A DNA stretch of 64,000 nt from Macrostomum hystrix (lineage: Eukaryota; Animalia; Platyhelminthes), in contig CATNEN010000002.1 in the NCBI GenBank assembly GCA_950097015.1, positions 6,572,001 through 6,636,000 of the forward strand. The letters run 5' to 3'. Below are positions 1-11,894 of the stretch, one piece after another (position 1 is the stretch's first letter; the number at the start of each line of letters is the position of its first letter). The translations under genes were made by a program, and so were the position numbers. The notes under the pieces are model-generated. The model was not told the DNA's origin, searched no databases, and worked only from the letters and a program-made list of their open reading frames with translations.

Positions 1-513
1 AGCGCAGCCTTGGTCTCTGCGTTCAGCCTCACCAAGTTCAAGGCCCTTGAGGCGTTCGTCTCCCGAAGACTGGGTCCTGGGGAGTCAGTGGATGTTTTTC
101 TGGCCGACCTGACAAGGCTGGCACGCCTGGTCGACGAGATGCCCGGAGACGAATGGATAAAGTGCGCGTTCATTCGCGGTCTACCCGGCGCAGTGAGTCA
201 GCAGTTAGTCGCATCGTGCTCACTGGAAGAACTGGAGATCTCCGATTGTTGAAATCTCTCAATTGTTGAAAAGGCGCGAATCCTCATGATCGATCGTGAT
301 TTCTACGTCTACGTCGGAGCCGAGAACGCTAAGGGCGCAGAGAAAGCTGTTCGACGCAACACGGTCACCTGCTACTCGTGCGGCAAGGAGGTTCATCTCA
401 GCTGGGAATGCCAGAGTCGCGGGAACCGTACTAGACAGAGCTGCTACGTCTGTGGAAACACCGGCTACGTGTGCTCTCATTGCCCCCAGCGTGTAAATAC
501 ACCAAACGAGTAA
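1..513 (+). pseudogene. gag: gag with two zinc knuckles, interrupted by an in-frame TGA at 250-252
   Basis: ORFs 10-252 and 286-513 are in the same frame. Knuckles CYSCGKEVHLSWEC and CYVCGNTGYVCSHC. The stop lies in a short local duplication (atctccgattgttga/atctctcaattgttga). Confidence 0.8.
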
Positions 514-3500
514 GGGAAGCCCAAAATTTCTGCGCAAACCGGCTTCCCACTGGATCTGCGCGCCTACCGTCGTTGATTGTTAATGTTAACGGTTCTACTG
601 TTGTGGCCCTGGTCGATACTGGTTGCTCCAGGTCTATTGTGTCGCCAAGGACCTACGGACTATGGAAGACGCGCACCACAGAGAAAGTCACCATGATGAA
701 TGGAGATGCAGCAGAGTGCGGATGGAAGGCAGATGTACTGTTGACTGTGCGCAGCAGCCGGGTATCGCTAAGTTGTCTCGTTCTTGAAATTCTACCCGGT
801 TTCGACTTGCTTCTTGGTGTGGACGCCATCAGGCGATTGGGTGGCGTCAATGTTAGCAGCGCCGGCCGCACCGTTTCCTTTGGTGCATTGAGAGACCCAT
901 CCGGTGTGGAACCGGGGCCCAAAGCAGTCCCGGCGAGAGACTCGGCCTCAGTGGCGAGTGGTCCGGCGAGAGACTCGTCACCGGCGGCGAGTGGCCCGGC
1001 GAGAGACTCGTCACCGGCGGCGAGTGGCCCGGCGAGAGACTCGTCACCGGCGGCGAGTGGCCCGGCGAGAGACTCGTCACCGGCGGCGAGTGGCCCGGCG
1101 AGAGACTCGTCACCGGCGGCGAGTGGCCCGGCGAGAGACTCGGCCTCAGCGGCGGGTGGCTCAAACAGTGATTCAGCATTGCAAGAGCGCCATCCGGGGT
1201 TCGAGCGGACCGAAGACTCGGTACTCAAACCATGTGCGCTGCTAAGTGAAGCCAAGTGGGCTTCTAGTCCATCAGGCGATAACCGCGAGCTGATCGAGGA
1301 CGTGGACTTCTCTGCTTGGTTCGCAGACGGTAAATGGACGGTTGCATGGAAGTGGCTCGGAGAAGCTCCAAGCTTATCTAACAGAATAGCGCAGTACAGA
1401 GTGCCGCCGGAAGCAACGGAAGATTACGAGGCCGAGATCAGGGAGTGGGTGCGTCTGGCTGGCTCGTACCGTTCGACGGCGAGTGCAACGGTATAATCCC
1501 ACTGATGGCGGTTGTGCAAGTCAACAAAGCGAAGTTGAGACCTGTAATGGACTATCGTGAGTTGAATCAGCACGTATCTAGCCACACTGCCGATAGCGTC
1601 GTCTGCGGAGCAAAAATTCGCGAATGGAGGCGACTGGGCGAGAATGCCAGCGTCATTGACCTGCGAAAGGCCTATCTGCAGTTGAGAGTTGAGCCCTCGC
1701 TCTGGCGTTACCAGGTGGTGGAGTTCAAAGGCCGCCGCTACTGCCTAACGAGACTCGGCTTTGGCCTGAACGTGGCTCCAAGAATCATGACCGCGGAAGT
1801 CAACAGAGTGCTCTCTATGGAGGAGGACGTGCGCGCTGGCACCGACTCGTACATAGACGACATTATCGTGGCCAATGACAGTGTCCCGAACGAACGCTTT
1901 CTGAATCTCCTATCACGCTTTGGGCTCGACGCGAAACCGCCCGAAAGTCTCATCGGAGGCCGGGTACTGGGTCTGCGCATCTTCTGCCGCGAAGACGGGG
2001 TCGCCTTCTGGAAGCGGTTCTTTCTCACCTCGCAGTTTCTGCGACTCGGCGCCAGCTATTCTCCTGGTGCGGCCAATTGGTGGGACATTTCCCAGTTGCT
2101 GGATGGTTGCGCGTCGCCTGCAGCTACCTTAAGCGCGCCGCCGGGGGAGTCGCCTGGGAAGCCAATGTGAACGATTCCGTGATGCAGATGGCCCGCGAAA
2201 TCAGCAGAATGGTTCAAGAGCGCGATCCAGTGAGCGGAGTGTGGACAGTCGACGACGCCTCAGCCTGCCGCGTCTGGTGCGACGCCAGCAGCATCGCAAT
2301 CGGCGTACGTTTAGAAGTAAACGGTGTCATCGCAGAGGACGCATCATGGCTTCGCAAGCCGGACAACGCCGCCCACATAAACCTAGCCGAACTCGAAGCG
2401 GTCATCAAGGGTCACAATCTAGCCATTGCTTGGGGCTCAAAGAGAGTCCAAATCATGACCGACTCGGCAACTGTGTACGGCTGGATTCGATCACTGATCG
2501 CCGGTGACAAGCCCGTCAGGGTCCAGGGGCTGGGCGAAGCCCTAGCGAGGAGGCGGCTGGCTTTGATCCGGGACACGGCAGGAGAATGTGGCCTGGAGCT
2601 GGATGTGTCGCTGGTGCCATCCTCGTTAAACAAGGCAGACGCGCTGACGCGAGTACCACAGCAGTGGCTGCGCCAGCGGCCTTTGTGTGCAGTAGCGCTA
2701 CACCCTATCGACTCGGATCTCCGAGCGTGCCACGAGAAGCATCACTTCGGCGTGGACAGGACGCTGGCCAAACTGTGCCTCCCCGGGCGTGAGGTACTAC
2801 GCGAAGAGGTCGAGCGCGTCGTGGCAAACTGCATCCGCTGCAAATCCGTGGACCCTGCGCCGGTGAATTGGGACCATGGATGTCTCGAGGTGGACGCAAA
2901 CTGATGGCATTTGGCCTACGACGTGACCCACTTCAAGGACGACCGCTATCTGTCGATTGTTGACTGCGGGCCGAGTAGATTCGCACTGTGGCGAAAACTC
3001 CCAGACGAGCGGACAGCTTCGATCATAGGGACACTCGTGCAAGTCTTCCGAGAGCGGGGCCCACCCTGGCAGCTGCTTCTGGACAACTCGGCGACCTTCC
3101 GCTCTGCCGAGGTGCGTGCATTCTGCGAAGCATGGGGAGTGCAGCTCCTCTTCCGCTGCGCTCACCGGCCATGGGGCAACGGGATAGTCGAGCGAAATCA
3201 TCGGGCGATCAAGCGAATGGCATCCAGAACCGGCAAGGACGTGCTGGACATGGTATTCTGGTACAACATGGCTCCGAAGGATGGTACTCGGGAGTGCAGC
3301 GTGCCCAGCAGAATGCTCAGCACTTATGACTGGAAACCGCCCATGTTGTCTCTCCCCGAGGCCACTGAGACACCGGAATCAAACCCTGCCCTGCCGGTCG
3401 GAACGGAAGTGTTCGTCAAGCCGCCGGCCGTCAGGTGTACCGACGAGTGGCCAAGGGGGCGCGTGACAGGCCAGAGACAAGGGGCTACAGTGGAGGTCGA

Positions 3501-3645
3501 TGGACTTCCCCGTCACATTGCTGACGTCCGGCCGGCCCCAGGCTCGCAACCACAGCCGCCTGGAGTAGAGCGAGCCGTTGAGCGGAACGGTGAACCCCGG
3601 CGGTCAAGTCGCGAGAGGTCGGCATCAGTCCGCTACGAAGCTTAA
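471..3645 (+). pseudogene. pol: pol polyprotein (aspartic protease, RT, RNase H, integrase), frameshifted
   Basis: Motifs: LVDTGCS protease; DLRKAYLQ, LGFGL and YIDD RT; WCDAS, ELEA and TDS RNase H; HH..CC, YDVTH, LDN and GIVER integrase. Frameshifts near 1450 and near 2020-2075, and an in-frame TGA at 2902-2904. Confidence 0.9.
930..1160 (+). repeat. 33-bp tandem repeat x7 in pol (PARDSSPAASG)
   Basis: Unit ccggcgagagactcgtcaccggcggcgagtggc, in frame between protease and RT. Confidence 0.95.
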
Positions 3646-3674
3646 TCTATTTTGATCTTGAGATCAGGGAGAAA

Positions 3675-3876
3675 TGTTGTACTCGTACTTTTCTTTGTTG
3701 TTAGTTGACCGATGCCGCTGCTTAAGCAGCCATAGACTGTTCTGACCGATGCCGCTGCTTAAGCAGCCATAGACTGTTCTGTACCCCACTTAACAAGTGC
3801 GCGAGGCCCAGCCCCTCGCAAATATATTCACCTTCTTGCGTTCCCTTCTGCATCTCGCATTGGCGACTCAGTTACA
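3675..3876 (+). repeat. Putative 3' LTR (~200 bp) with an internal 37-bp tandem duplication (3706-3779)
   Basis: Starts TGT directly after the PPT and ends GTTACA. The partner LTR is not in the window, so the right end is inferred. Confidence 0.65.
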
Positions 3877-4285
3877 ATGTGCATAAAATTTCATAGCTGC
3901 ATTGATAGCTGTGATAGGAATCCAGGGAACTTTAGGGACACCCCTCGCAAAAATGCAAAGCATTTGTAGGGAAATGTAAACAAATCTCCGATTCGTGGAT
4001 TAAAAATGGTTTGAAAAAAATTTTTTTTATGAATTTAGTATACTTTAATGGTTCAGTTAATTTTAGTAGGTAATACATCATGTAGTTGAAAAAGGATATA
4101 TGTATAAATCCTTAAATAGTGGAAATTCACTTCAGACACTCCCAACTGGCAGACAGCAATCCTGAAAGTGCGACCTGTCAGTGGCTCAGAAGTGAACCGA
4201 AAGCAGAAGCGAGTTTGCAGTCAAACTGAGGCAAAATGTCACGTGATACGAGCTCGTAATTCACAGTTTCTCAGAAAATGAAGCT

Positions 4286-4319
4286 TCAGAAGAGCTTCAA
4301 GAAGTTCAGTCCAAAGACC

Positions 4320-4363
<44 letters not shown>

Positions 4364-7300
4364 GCAGCCCAGTGCGGAGCCCGAGTTGCAGAGGTCGGTG
4401 AAGCAGGTGCGGCAGTTCGTCGTGCCGCTGTCGAAAGTGCAGTTGCCGCAGCCGGCAAAGAAGAACTGAAAATGCGCGGGTTCGCAGATCACCAGCAATG
4501 CTCAAACTCATGTGAACTCACAGCAGAATGAGGCTGAGCACAAGAACTCACCTTGGCCAGTCCGTAATTGTAGGTGTAGCTGAAGCAGCTGCTGGATGAC
4601 GGACAGTCCACCACGGATTTGCTCTGCGCACTGTCACCGTAGCTGAAGTAGCACCTCGTGCCGGACTTTCTCCGAGGTGAGTTGCACAAGCTCGAGCTGC
4701 AGGTGCGGCAGTCGGCGCCGCTGCTGAAGGGACAGCTGCCACAGCCTGAGAAGTAGAACTTATGAGTGAGCAGTGAGCACAGGTGAGAGGATGGAGCTGA
4801 TGTGATTGAGCAGCCTGAGAAGTAGAACTGCAGGTGAGAGGATGGAGCTGATGTGATTGAGCAGCCTGAGAAGTAGAACTGCAGGTGAGAGGATGGAGCT
4901 GATGTGATTGAGCAGGCTGGGAAGTAGAACTGCAGGTGAGAGGATGGAGCTGATGTGATTGAGCAGGTTAGGCAGTAGAACTGAAGGTTTTAAATTAGTA
5001 TTTGTTATTAAATTGGGTTGTACAGTTAGTTTTAGTCGTTTGAATTAGTGGGACTGATAAACAGATTTGGCCTTTCAAAGCTCCCCATACTAACATTGGC
5101 TCACATTCTTCACTCCGTAGCTGAAGCTGTACTCGAAGCAGCTGCTCGATGACGGACAGCTGACGTTCTGCGTGCTGGTTAAGTCAGTCTGGCCGAAGCT
5201 GTAGTAGCAGCTGAAGCCACCTGCTGCGGTACCTGTGCTTGACGAGTTGGTCGGGTTTCCGCTCGGATTGGCTGGGCTGCCAGTTGCTGCTAGGGCCACA
5301 GAGTTGCAGTTGCTGGTGTTGCACATTGTGCAGCCGTAGAGGGCGCTTGTTGTCGGCGTGCAGACACCGCAGCCGCCGAGAAGGTTGTAGGAATTGGTCG
5401 TCAGCCATCCCTGGAATGATTGATGTTTGAGGCAGAGGTCAAAGCAGATGACACTCGAACACCCAAGCTTAAAATCACAACAGTAAGCTGCTGCTCACAA
5501 TTGGTTTGGTGAGTGAATAGCAGCTATTTATTCCTATGGCACAGGAGGCATAGTTAGCATAATAGCTGCTTGTGAATACAGCACAGGTGAGAGTTCCTAT
5601 ATTCAGGGTGTTGCAGTATGTCACCGGTGCATGTCACATGACGGAATTGAGTCTGCACTGCAGGCACCGCAGCCGGCGTAGTAATGGTGCCAACCCTGAA
5701 ATAGTGAAGATATGGAAAGTGAATATGATTGGCCTGAAGTGTTCCTTATACTACTCGTAGTCCTGTCATTTTAATGTGGAATGTTTAGAAAAACTCATAT
5801 CAGTAAAAACTTACGTTATAGAGAGCGGAAAGCGAATAGCAGGTGCTGATTCCATGCTGGCAAGCTTCGGGCTCTCCATTGCTGATCGCACTCCAACTAG
5901 GTAGTCCTCTTCTATAGCAGCTGATGGCTGAAGGAGTCGCTGTGTTGCACAGGTCAGAGCTGCAGGTCACGCATGATGGATTCACATTGGAGTTGCAGGA
6001 GCCGCAGCCAGCATAATAGAAGCTGCTACTACTCTGAGGACAGGTTGGTTGCAATCGAGTGCTCAATTGCTTGCATTCAGCTTTTAACTACGAGCTATAG
6101 ATTCGAAAATCGATGTTATGCTCAATTTCTGTGCTATTTCGATGCTAGACAGGTGCATTACTTTCCTTCTTAAATATATTTGATTAGTAGAGGATTTATG
6201 GTAGATTCGAATGAGCTGGAGACTCACATTCAAGGCGTGTTCGTCAACAACATAGCATGTCTTAATTCCAGTAGGGCAGGTCACCACAGATCCGATGGGG
6301 CTGTAAACAGCAGTTTTCATTGTCGCATAGCAGCTGATGGCTGATGGTGTTCGGGAGTTGCACAGGCTCGAGTTGCAGGTGACCGGATGCAGAAAGCCGA
6401 TGCCGATGTTGCCGCAGCCGGCATTGCTGAAGCTTGCTCCCTACAGAGCCAGAAACAGGTCCATCCACTGCTCAGAAATTTCCACTTCCCCCTGTCAGTG
6501 CTGCCAGTGGCAGCGACAACTTATCATTTTAAACAAAATTTTATATTGATCTTGCATAGAATTTAGCCTTGGCTTTGATTTTCAAATGCGCCAAACAGCT
6601 GAATCTCCCCCTCTCTCTGGGTTGTTCAATCGACAGGTAGTTCTCACGAAATCACGTGCGCCAGTCGAAAAAGCTCAATTTAGTTTCTCATCTCAACTCA
6701 CCGATCCAATGTAGGAGAAACAGGTTGAGATCCCGGAGTGGCAGGCGACCACAGTGCCATTGTCGGTGCTGCTGTAAGATCCTGAGCGGTAGAAGCAGCT
6801 GATGGAGGAAGGGGTCATGCTGTTGCAGTAGTCCGTGGTGCACACGTAGCAGTCATCGCCTGCATTCGGGCTGCACAGGCCAGTGTTGGTGCAGCCCGCA
6901 TAGTTTTGCTGGAATGAAGCGTGTTGCACAGTATGCCAAATTGCAGTCTCGTTTGCGCATCTAATTAAAACACCAGCTAGCAACTCTCAAGCCACTTCCA
7001 GTAATTTGAAAGTCACTGAAATATAATATTTGTGTTCCAACACGACATAGGACACACGATTCGTACATTATAAAGAGGATATTGCAGAAAACAAACAAGA
7101 AGGTCCTTCAGCCTCACCCTACTGGATGTAACTGAGTAGCACGCAGTGGCTGACCCACAGGCCAGAGCCGTCCCGTTGTCTGTTGAAGACGTCCCGCTTC
7201 GTGAGAAGCAGTTGATGGCCTGACAGCTGTCTGCAATTAGCAGTGCATGTGAGGACAGTGAGCACAGGTACATGTGAGGGCAGTGAGCACAGGTGCATGT

Positions 7301-7738
7301 GAGGGCAGTGAGCACAGGTGCATGTGAGGGCAGTGAGCACAGGTGCATGTGAGGGCAGTGAGCACAGGTGCATGTGAGGACAGTGAGCACAGGTGCGTGT
7401 GAGGACAGTGAGCACAGGTGCATGTGAGGACAGTGAGCACAGGTGCATGTGAGGGCAGTGAGCACAGGTGCATGTGAGGACAGTGAGCACAGGTGCATGT
7501 GAGGACAGTGAGCACAGGTGCATGTGAGGACAGTGAGCACAGGTGCATGTGAGGGCAGTGAGCACAGGTGCATGTGAGGACAGTGAGCACAGGTGCATGT
7601 GAGGACAGTGAGCACAGGTGCATGTGAGGACAGTGAGCACAGGTGCAAGTGAGGGCAGTGAGCACAGGTTCAGCACTTACCAAAGCTGACGGCAGTCAGG
7701 ATGAGAAGCAGCAGCAGCAGCAGCGGAGGCCTGGCCAT
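4286..7738 (-). CDS. Multi-domain Ly6/uPAR (three-finger)-like GPI-anchored protein, 6-7 Cys-rich repeats
   Basis: Exons: 7681-7738 (signal peptide MARPPLLLLLLLILTAVSFG), 7118-7230, 6702-6908, 6228-6440, 5815-6033, 5499-5695 (197 nt, frameshifted), 5105-5410, 4552-4980 (or 4552-4758), 4286-4465. GT/AG boundaries with phase-0 internal junctions. Repeated SCY..C..C[FY]..GC..C..C..C..CN pattern. C-terminus DLCNS followed by a hydrophobic tail. Confidence 0.85.
4321..4360 (-). repeat. (GCT)n microsatellite encoding poly-Ala in the GPI signal
   Basis: About 13 CAG units on the + strand. Confidence 0.95.
4742..4985 (-). repeat. 51-bp tandem repeat (about 4.5 copies) containing a 3' splice site and exon start
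   Basis: + strand unit gcagcctgagaagtagaactgcaggtgagaggatggagctgatgtgattga. The - strand reads ...cctctcacctgCAG|TTCTACTTCTCAGGCTG. Confidence 0.92.
7243..7668. repeat. 25-bp minisatellite (about 17 copies) filling intron 1 of the Ly6-like gene
   Basis: Unit cagtgagcacaggtgcatgtgagg(a/g). Confidence 0.95.
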
Positions 7739-8554
7739 GCAGATTCGAGCTGTGGAGCAGTCAGTGAGGAGAGTTGAGCAGCTGGCTTGAGAAGTCTCAC
7801 AGCGCCGCTCGAGGCTCTCTTTAAATGCTCGCGCTGAGCTGTGCGCCACAGCATCCTGTCTCCTTGGCAACCAGGTGGGATGACGCGATTCGGGTCACTT
7901 TAATTAGGTACAAGAGCTGTCATTGCTGGCGAAAATAGACCTGACGTTTCTTTTCGCGTCTTTCTTCCGTTCCAAATATTTATTACTGACTGAAAGCGAG
8001 CAAAAATTCAGCTTTTGAGATTTGAGAGCTCTGGCAGTGAGGGCTGGCTATGAAGGGCTGAGGCCTTTCTACTGTAACTGCTCATTCGCACTAAAATGAG
8101 CAGTAACCCCCAGCCACCCATGCAGTTTGTCGTCTTCAACTCGCAAGCGTCAGTCAGCCATAACACTCCATAACACATTGTTATGGCTGTGCTCACAAAA
8201 GCCATCCTGCTCATTTCTAAGGGCAGGCCAGGGAATTTTCTGCTACTGACGCAAGCGCAGTTGTTCTGAAGGTACCTTAATAAATACTCCAATGACGCAT
8301 TCTCCGGAGATAGTGGCGCCATCGGGGTGGCAGTGTTGAATTTTTAGAGAGAAACAAGCATTGGGAAATAACATTATGAAGTTTGCATCAAGGCTGTGTA
8401 TAATCTCTATAATTATAAGTTTTACTTGTTTTACATGTTATACTCGTAAGTTGCAGTTTTATTGAGTGCTCGGTTGTAGGACATTTTATGTTCAGGAGAA
8501 CGTTTGAGACCTCTTAAAGTCTTTCAATTTTCGACTTTCATTTCTGAAACCCTC

Positions 8555-9330
8555 TTGACAATTTTTGTACTGCACCCGAACGGAGTAACGCAAGCACACG
8601 GAACTCAAGAACACGGACCAACTTCTGAAACAAAAATCAAGTCGCCAGCTCTTCAGACCATCGAGACATTCAATGGTTCTGACCGAAGGTCTGAGTTTTC
8701 CCATAAACGCCAGTGTATTTCATACACCCCTATACACGAATTTGCACTGCGCCTCAGTGCGGCCTCGCCAGGCCTTCAAACTTTATCAGCATGTCACCCG
8801 AATGTGCCTGCATCATCTCCGACTTCGGTGGTCACCTACAATTATTATCTAGACGGATTTTCAGGACCTTCAAGGGCTACAACAGGTGGAAATAGGCCAC
8901 TATTTGACACCCTGACGCGAATTTCTCCAATTTTACTGCTCCAGCCTAAATATTAGGCGCAGCTCAACCACAGGACACCATCGCCTAGTCTGTCGACCAA
9001 TCAGTCACCACCCAACGCTGTTAGCATTCGGGCGCAGCCAAAAAAATTTTAGGAGGGGAATCCCCCTTGGTATAAAAACAGGCGGCAAAATGGCTGGCTT
9101 GTCGTACTGTTAAAAGTGCCCCTTATTTTGCATGGATTTCCCATGGAATTCCCTTGATTGATCAGTTTCAATTTGAAAACATTCCGACGTACGAAAACGA
9201 AGGAAAGGCAGATTTGGAAGACCTGTGAAGAACACAAGATCAAGATCCTATAACAACTCTGTCTAAAGTTAGATAGAGAGTTTTCAAATCACAAAAATCT
9301 GCGAAGCAACAGCACGCAGAAGATTTTGTT
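8555..9330 (+). mobile_element. Dispersed non-autonomous repeat, family R1 copy A
   Basis: Shares cactgcgcctcagtgcggcc..ccaggccttcaaactttatcagcatgtcacccgaatgtgcct with 10860-11358, 43205-43525 and (reverse) 60710-61442. Confidence 0.8.
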
Positions 9331-9524
9331 GAGATGCCAGAATTTAGCGTTCACACGAGGCATCCCCAGAAAGAGGCGCCGCAGAAGATTTTGTTGAGAT
9401 GCCAGAATTTAGCGTTCACACGAGGCATCCCCAGAAAGAGGCGCCGCAGAAGATTTTGTTGAGATGCCAGAATTTAGCGTTCACACGAGGCATCCCCAGA
9501 AAGAGGCGCCGCAGAAGATTTTGT
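9318..9524. repeat. 65-bp tandem repeat x3.2
   Basis: Unit starts at 9318, 9383, 9448 and 9513 (agaagattttgttgagatgccag...gaggcgccgc). Confidence 0.95.
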
Positions 9525-10285
9525 GCCCACGCCATTGTTGCAGCGCAGCAGAGAATTGTACAAGAGAATTGAGAATTGTACAAGGTGGACATAGCAGTCG
9601 AGCGATGCGGAAGTGGATCTGATCGCCTGGTCATATCCCCACACCTGTAGTCAGTTTTTTGTTTTCACCCACCCACTCTGGCTAGGATCCTTCAGCCAGC
9701 CCTCTTCCTTTTCTTCCCAAGCGATATCCCGAAAATCCCTAAGGATTAGCAACACTGAATAGGGATTAAACATTCTGACTTAGGATTTGCTAAATACAGA
9801 CCTTGGATTAGTTCAGACTAGGTATGTATTCTTCAAGTTTGATAAAGGATAATCAGAACACAAGTTATGTGAACCACTTCATCCCGAGCAGTGATTGGCC
9901 AGAATCCGACTGAAAAAATTGAGGCAGACAAACAATGCGCATATTTTAAATTCTAATATAATAATATTCTTATTAAAGATAGCTAAAGTTAGTGAAGACG
10001 GTTTTATTTTGTTATCTTGTAAAATCCTGTACTGCAACTGGTTCCGTTACTCGGCGCGCACAAAAACTCATAAGATCGAAATCAAACAAACTTTCGCCTC
10101 GCTTTTGAAAAAAATCCCTTGTTGCTAGGAGTTGCTAAGCAGTAAATTACATACTAACAATCGTTAATCTTATTTTTCTAGAACTCTAATTTGGTGGGCC
10201 ACAGGTGCCACAGGTGAACCGCTTTCATCATGCTAAAAATAGAAACAGAAGTCCGCTGACCAGCTCAGCAATGCCAGTCGACTGC

Positions 10286-11894
10286 TCAGACGCTCTGCTT
10301 CATCACATTGTGATACAGCCGGATCTTGGTGGCTGTAGACATGTCCACAAACTTGTCACCGATGGCCACCGTCATGCCGCCCACGATGCTGGGGTCGACG
10401 CGGAACGACACCTGCAGCTTCTGGCCAGGCTTGGCGAAGCTGGCGAGCACCGACTGCAGCTCCTGCGTCTCCTTGGCCTCCAGCGGCCGGGCTGTCACAA
10501 CCTCGGTCGGGACCTCGCCGCGGTGAGCGGACATGATGGTGGCGAAGGAGGCCAGCACGTGGGCGCTGCGGCCCAGCCGGCCGTTCAGGCCCATCACGTT
10601 GAACATGTTGAGGGTCAGATCGGACACCTTCAGGCCAGTCAGCAGTTTAGCGAAGGCGGCAGTTTTGGCGGTCTTGTTGTACAGCGGGTTGTTCAGAAAC
10701 TCGCCCAGGCGGGCGTCCAACTTCAACAGCTCGCCGACGCGGGTGAGGTCCTTGTCCACCTGGGGAGGCGGGTTGCCATGGTTACAAGTAGAGCGTAAAG
10801 TTTATTTTTTTTTTAACAATTGTCTTTTAATTTTATTATATTTTTTACTAACTAATTAGCAGCAGAACTACCAAGGGGGGGGGAATTCCACGCCCAGACA
10901 ATTTTTTTGCTGCACCCGAGCGAACTTTTTGCAAAAGTTTTGGCAAACTTTTTGTTGCGCATCTTCTGAAACAAGAATCAAGTCGCCAGCTTTTCAGACC
11001 TTCAAGATATTCAATGGTTCTGGCCGAAGGTCGGATTTTTTCCAGAAGCGCCAGTGCATTTTATACACCCTAAACATGAATTTGCACTGCGCCTCAGTGT
11101 GGCCTTGCCAGGCCTTCAAACTTTATCAGCATGTCACCCGAATGTGCCTAGGCCACTATGGATTAAGGATACCCTGACGCGAAGTTCTCCAAAATATTAG
11201 GCGCAGCTCAACCACAGGACACATTCGCCTAGTCTGTCAACCAATCAGTTCACCATCAAAACGCTGTTAGCATTTAGGCACTGCCAAAAAATATACAGGG
11301 GGTTTCCTCCCGCCCTTGGTAAAAAAACAGGCGGCATAATGGCTTGGTAGTCCTACTGTTAAAAAAGCCAAACTGTCCTACTGCTTAGACTAGCAGCCAA
11401 TTAAAAAGCGCCTAGACGAACAGCCAATTAAAAAGCACCTAGACAAATAGCCAATTAAAAAGGCGCCTAGACGAACAGCCAATTAAAAAGCACCTAGACA
11501 AATAGCCAATTAAAAAGGCGCCTAGTCGAACAGCCAATTAAAAAGCGCCTAGACTAACAGCAAATTAAAAAGGCGCCTAGACGAACAGCCAATTAAAAAG
11601 CGCCTAGACTAACAGCCAATCAAACAGCGCCCAAGAGCAATGAGGCCACTGGCGAATTAACAACAGGCTATTGAATCGAAGGCTAACAGAGAATCAGAAG
11701 CTTGACAGAAAATGCGCAAGACACAAGCCACAACCCGATCGGACCTGATCAATCTTCTTAGACTTGACAGCCGCAGAGTACAGCGCGGTGGCGTAGCGAC
11801 CCTCAAGGCCGAAGACCTGAGCGGGCGGTACCACAAGTTGTCGCATCGCGCCGCTGGTGCTGAAGCTGCGACGAAGTACGCCGAACATGGACAT
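10286..11894 (-). CDS. ATP5PO: Mitochondrial ATP synthase subunit O (OSCP/delta family), 207 aa
   Basis: Exons 11745-11894 (presequence plus [20 protein letters not shown]) and 10286-10759 (NGRL..., [21 protein letters not shown]). Phase-0 GT-AG intron. Confidence 0.96.
10860..11358 (+). mobile_element. MITE, family R1 copy B, in the ATP5PO intron
   Basis: TIRs CAGCAGAACTACCAAG / CTTGGTAGTCCTACTG (14/16 match), flanked by TTAG and TTAA. Confidence 0.8.
11385..11630. repeat. 27/28-bp minisatellite (about 9 copies) in the ATP5PO intron
   Basis: Unit cctagacgaacagccaattaaaaag(g)cg. Confidence 0.92.

Larger units (their letters stand above)
1..3876 (+). mobile_element. Ty3/Gypsy-type LTR retrotransposon, degenerate, 5' end outside window
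   Basis: Domain order is gag (CCHC knuckles) - protease - RT - RNase H - integrase, which is Gypsy order. A purine tract AGATCAGGGAGAAA (3661-3674) is followed by a TGT...ACA LTR. Confidence 0.93.

Noticed and set aside
7013-7683. His/Cys-rich ORFs resembling a metal-binding protein
   Set aside because: Derived from the 25-bp intron-1 array. Only 7118-7230 is exonic.
8008-8322. 104-aa ORF upstream of the Ly6-like gene
   Set aside because: No recognisable motif or splice structure.
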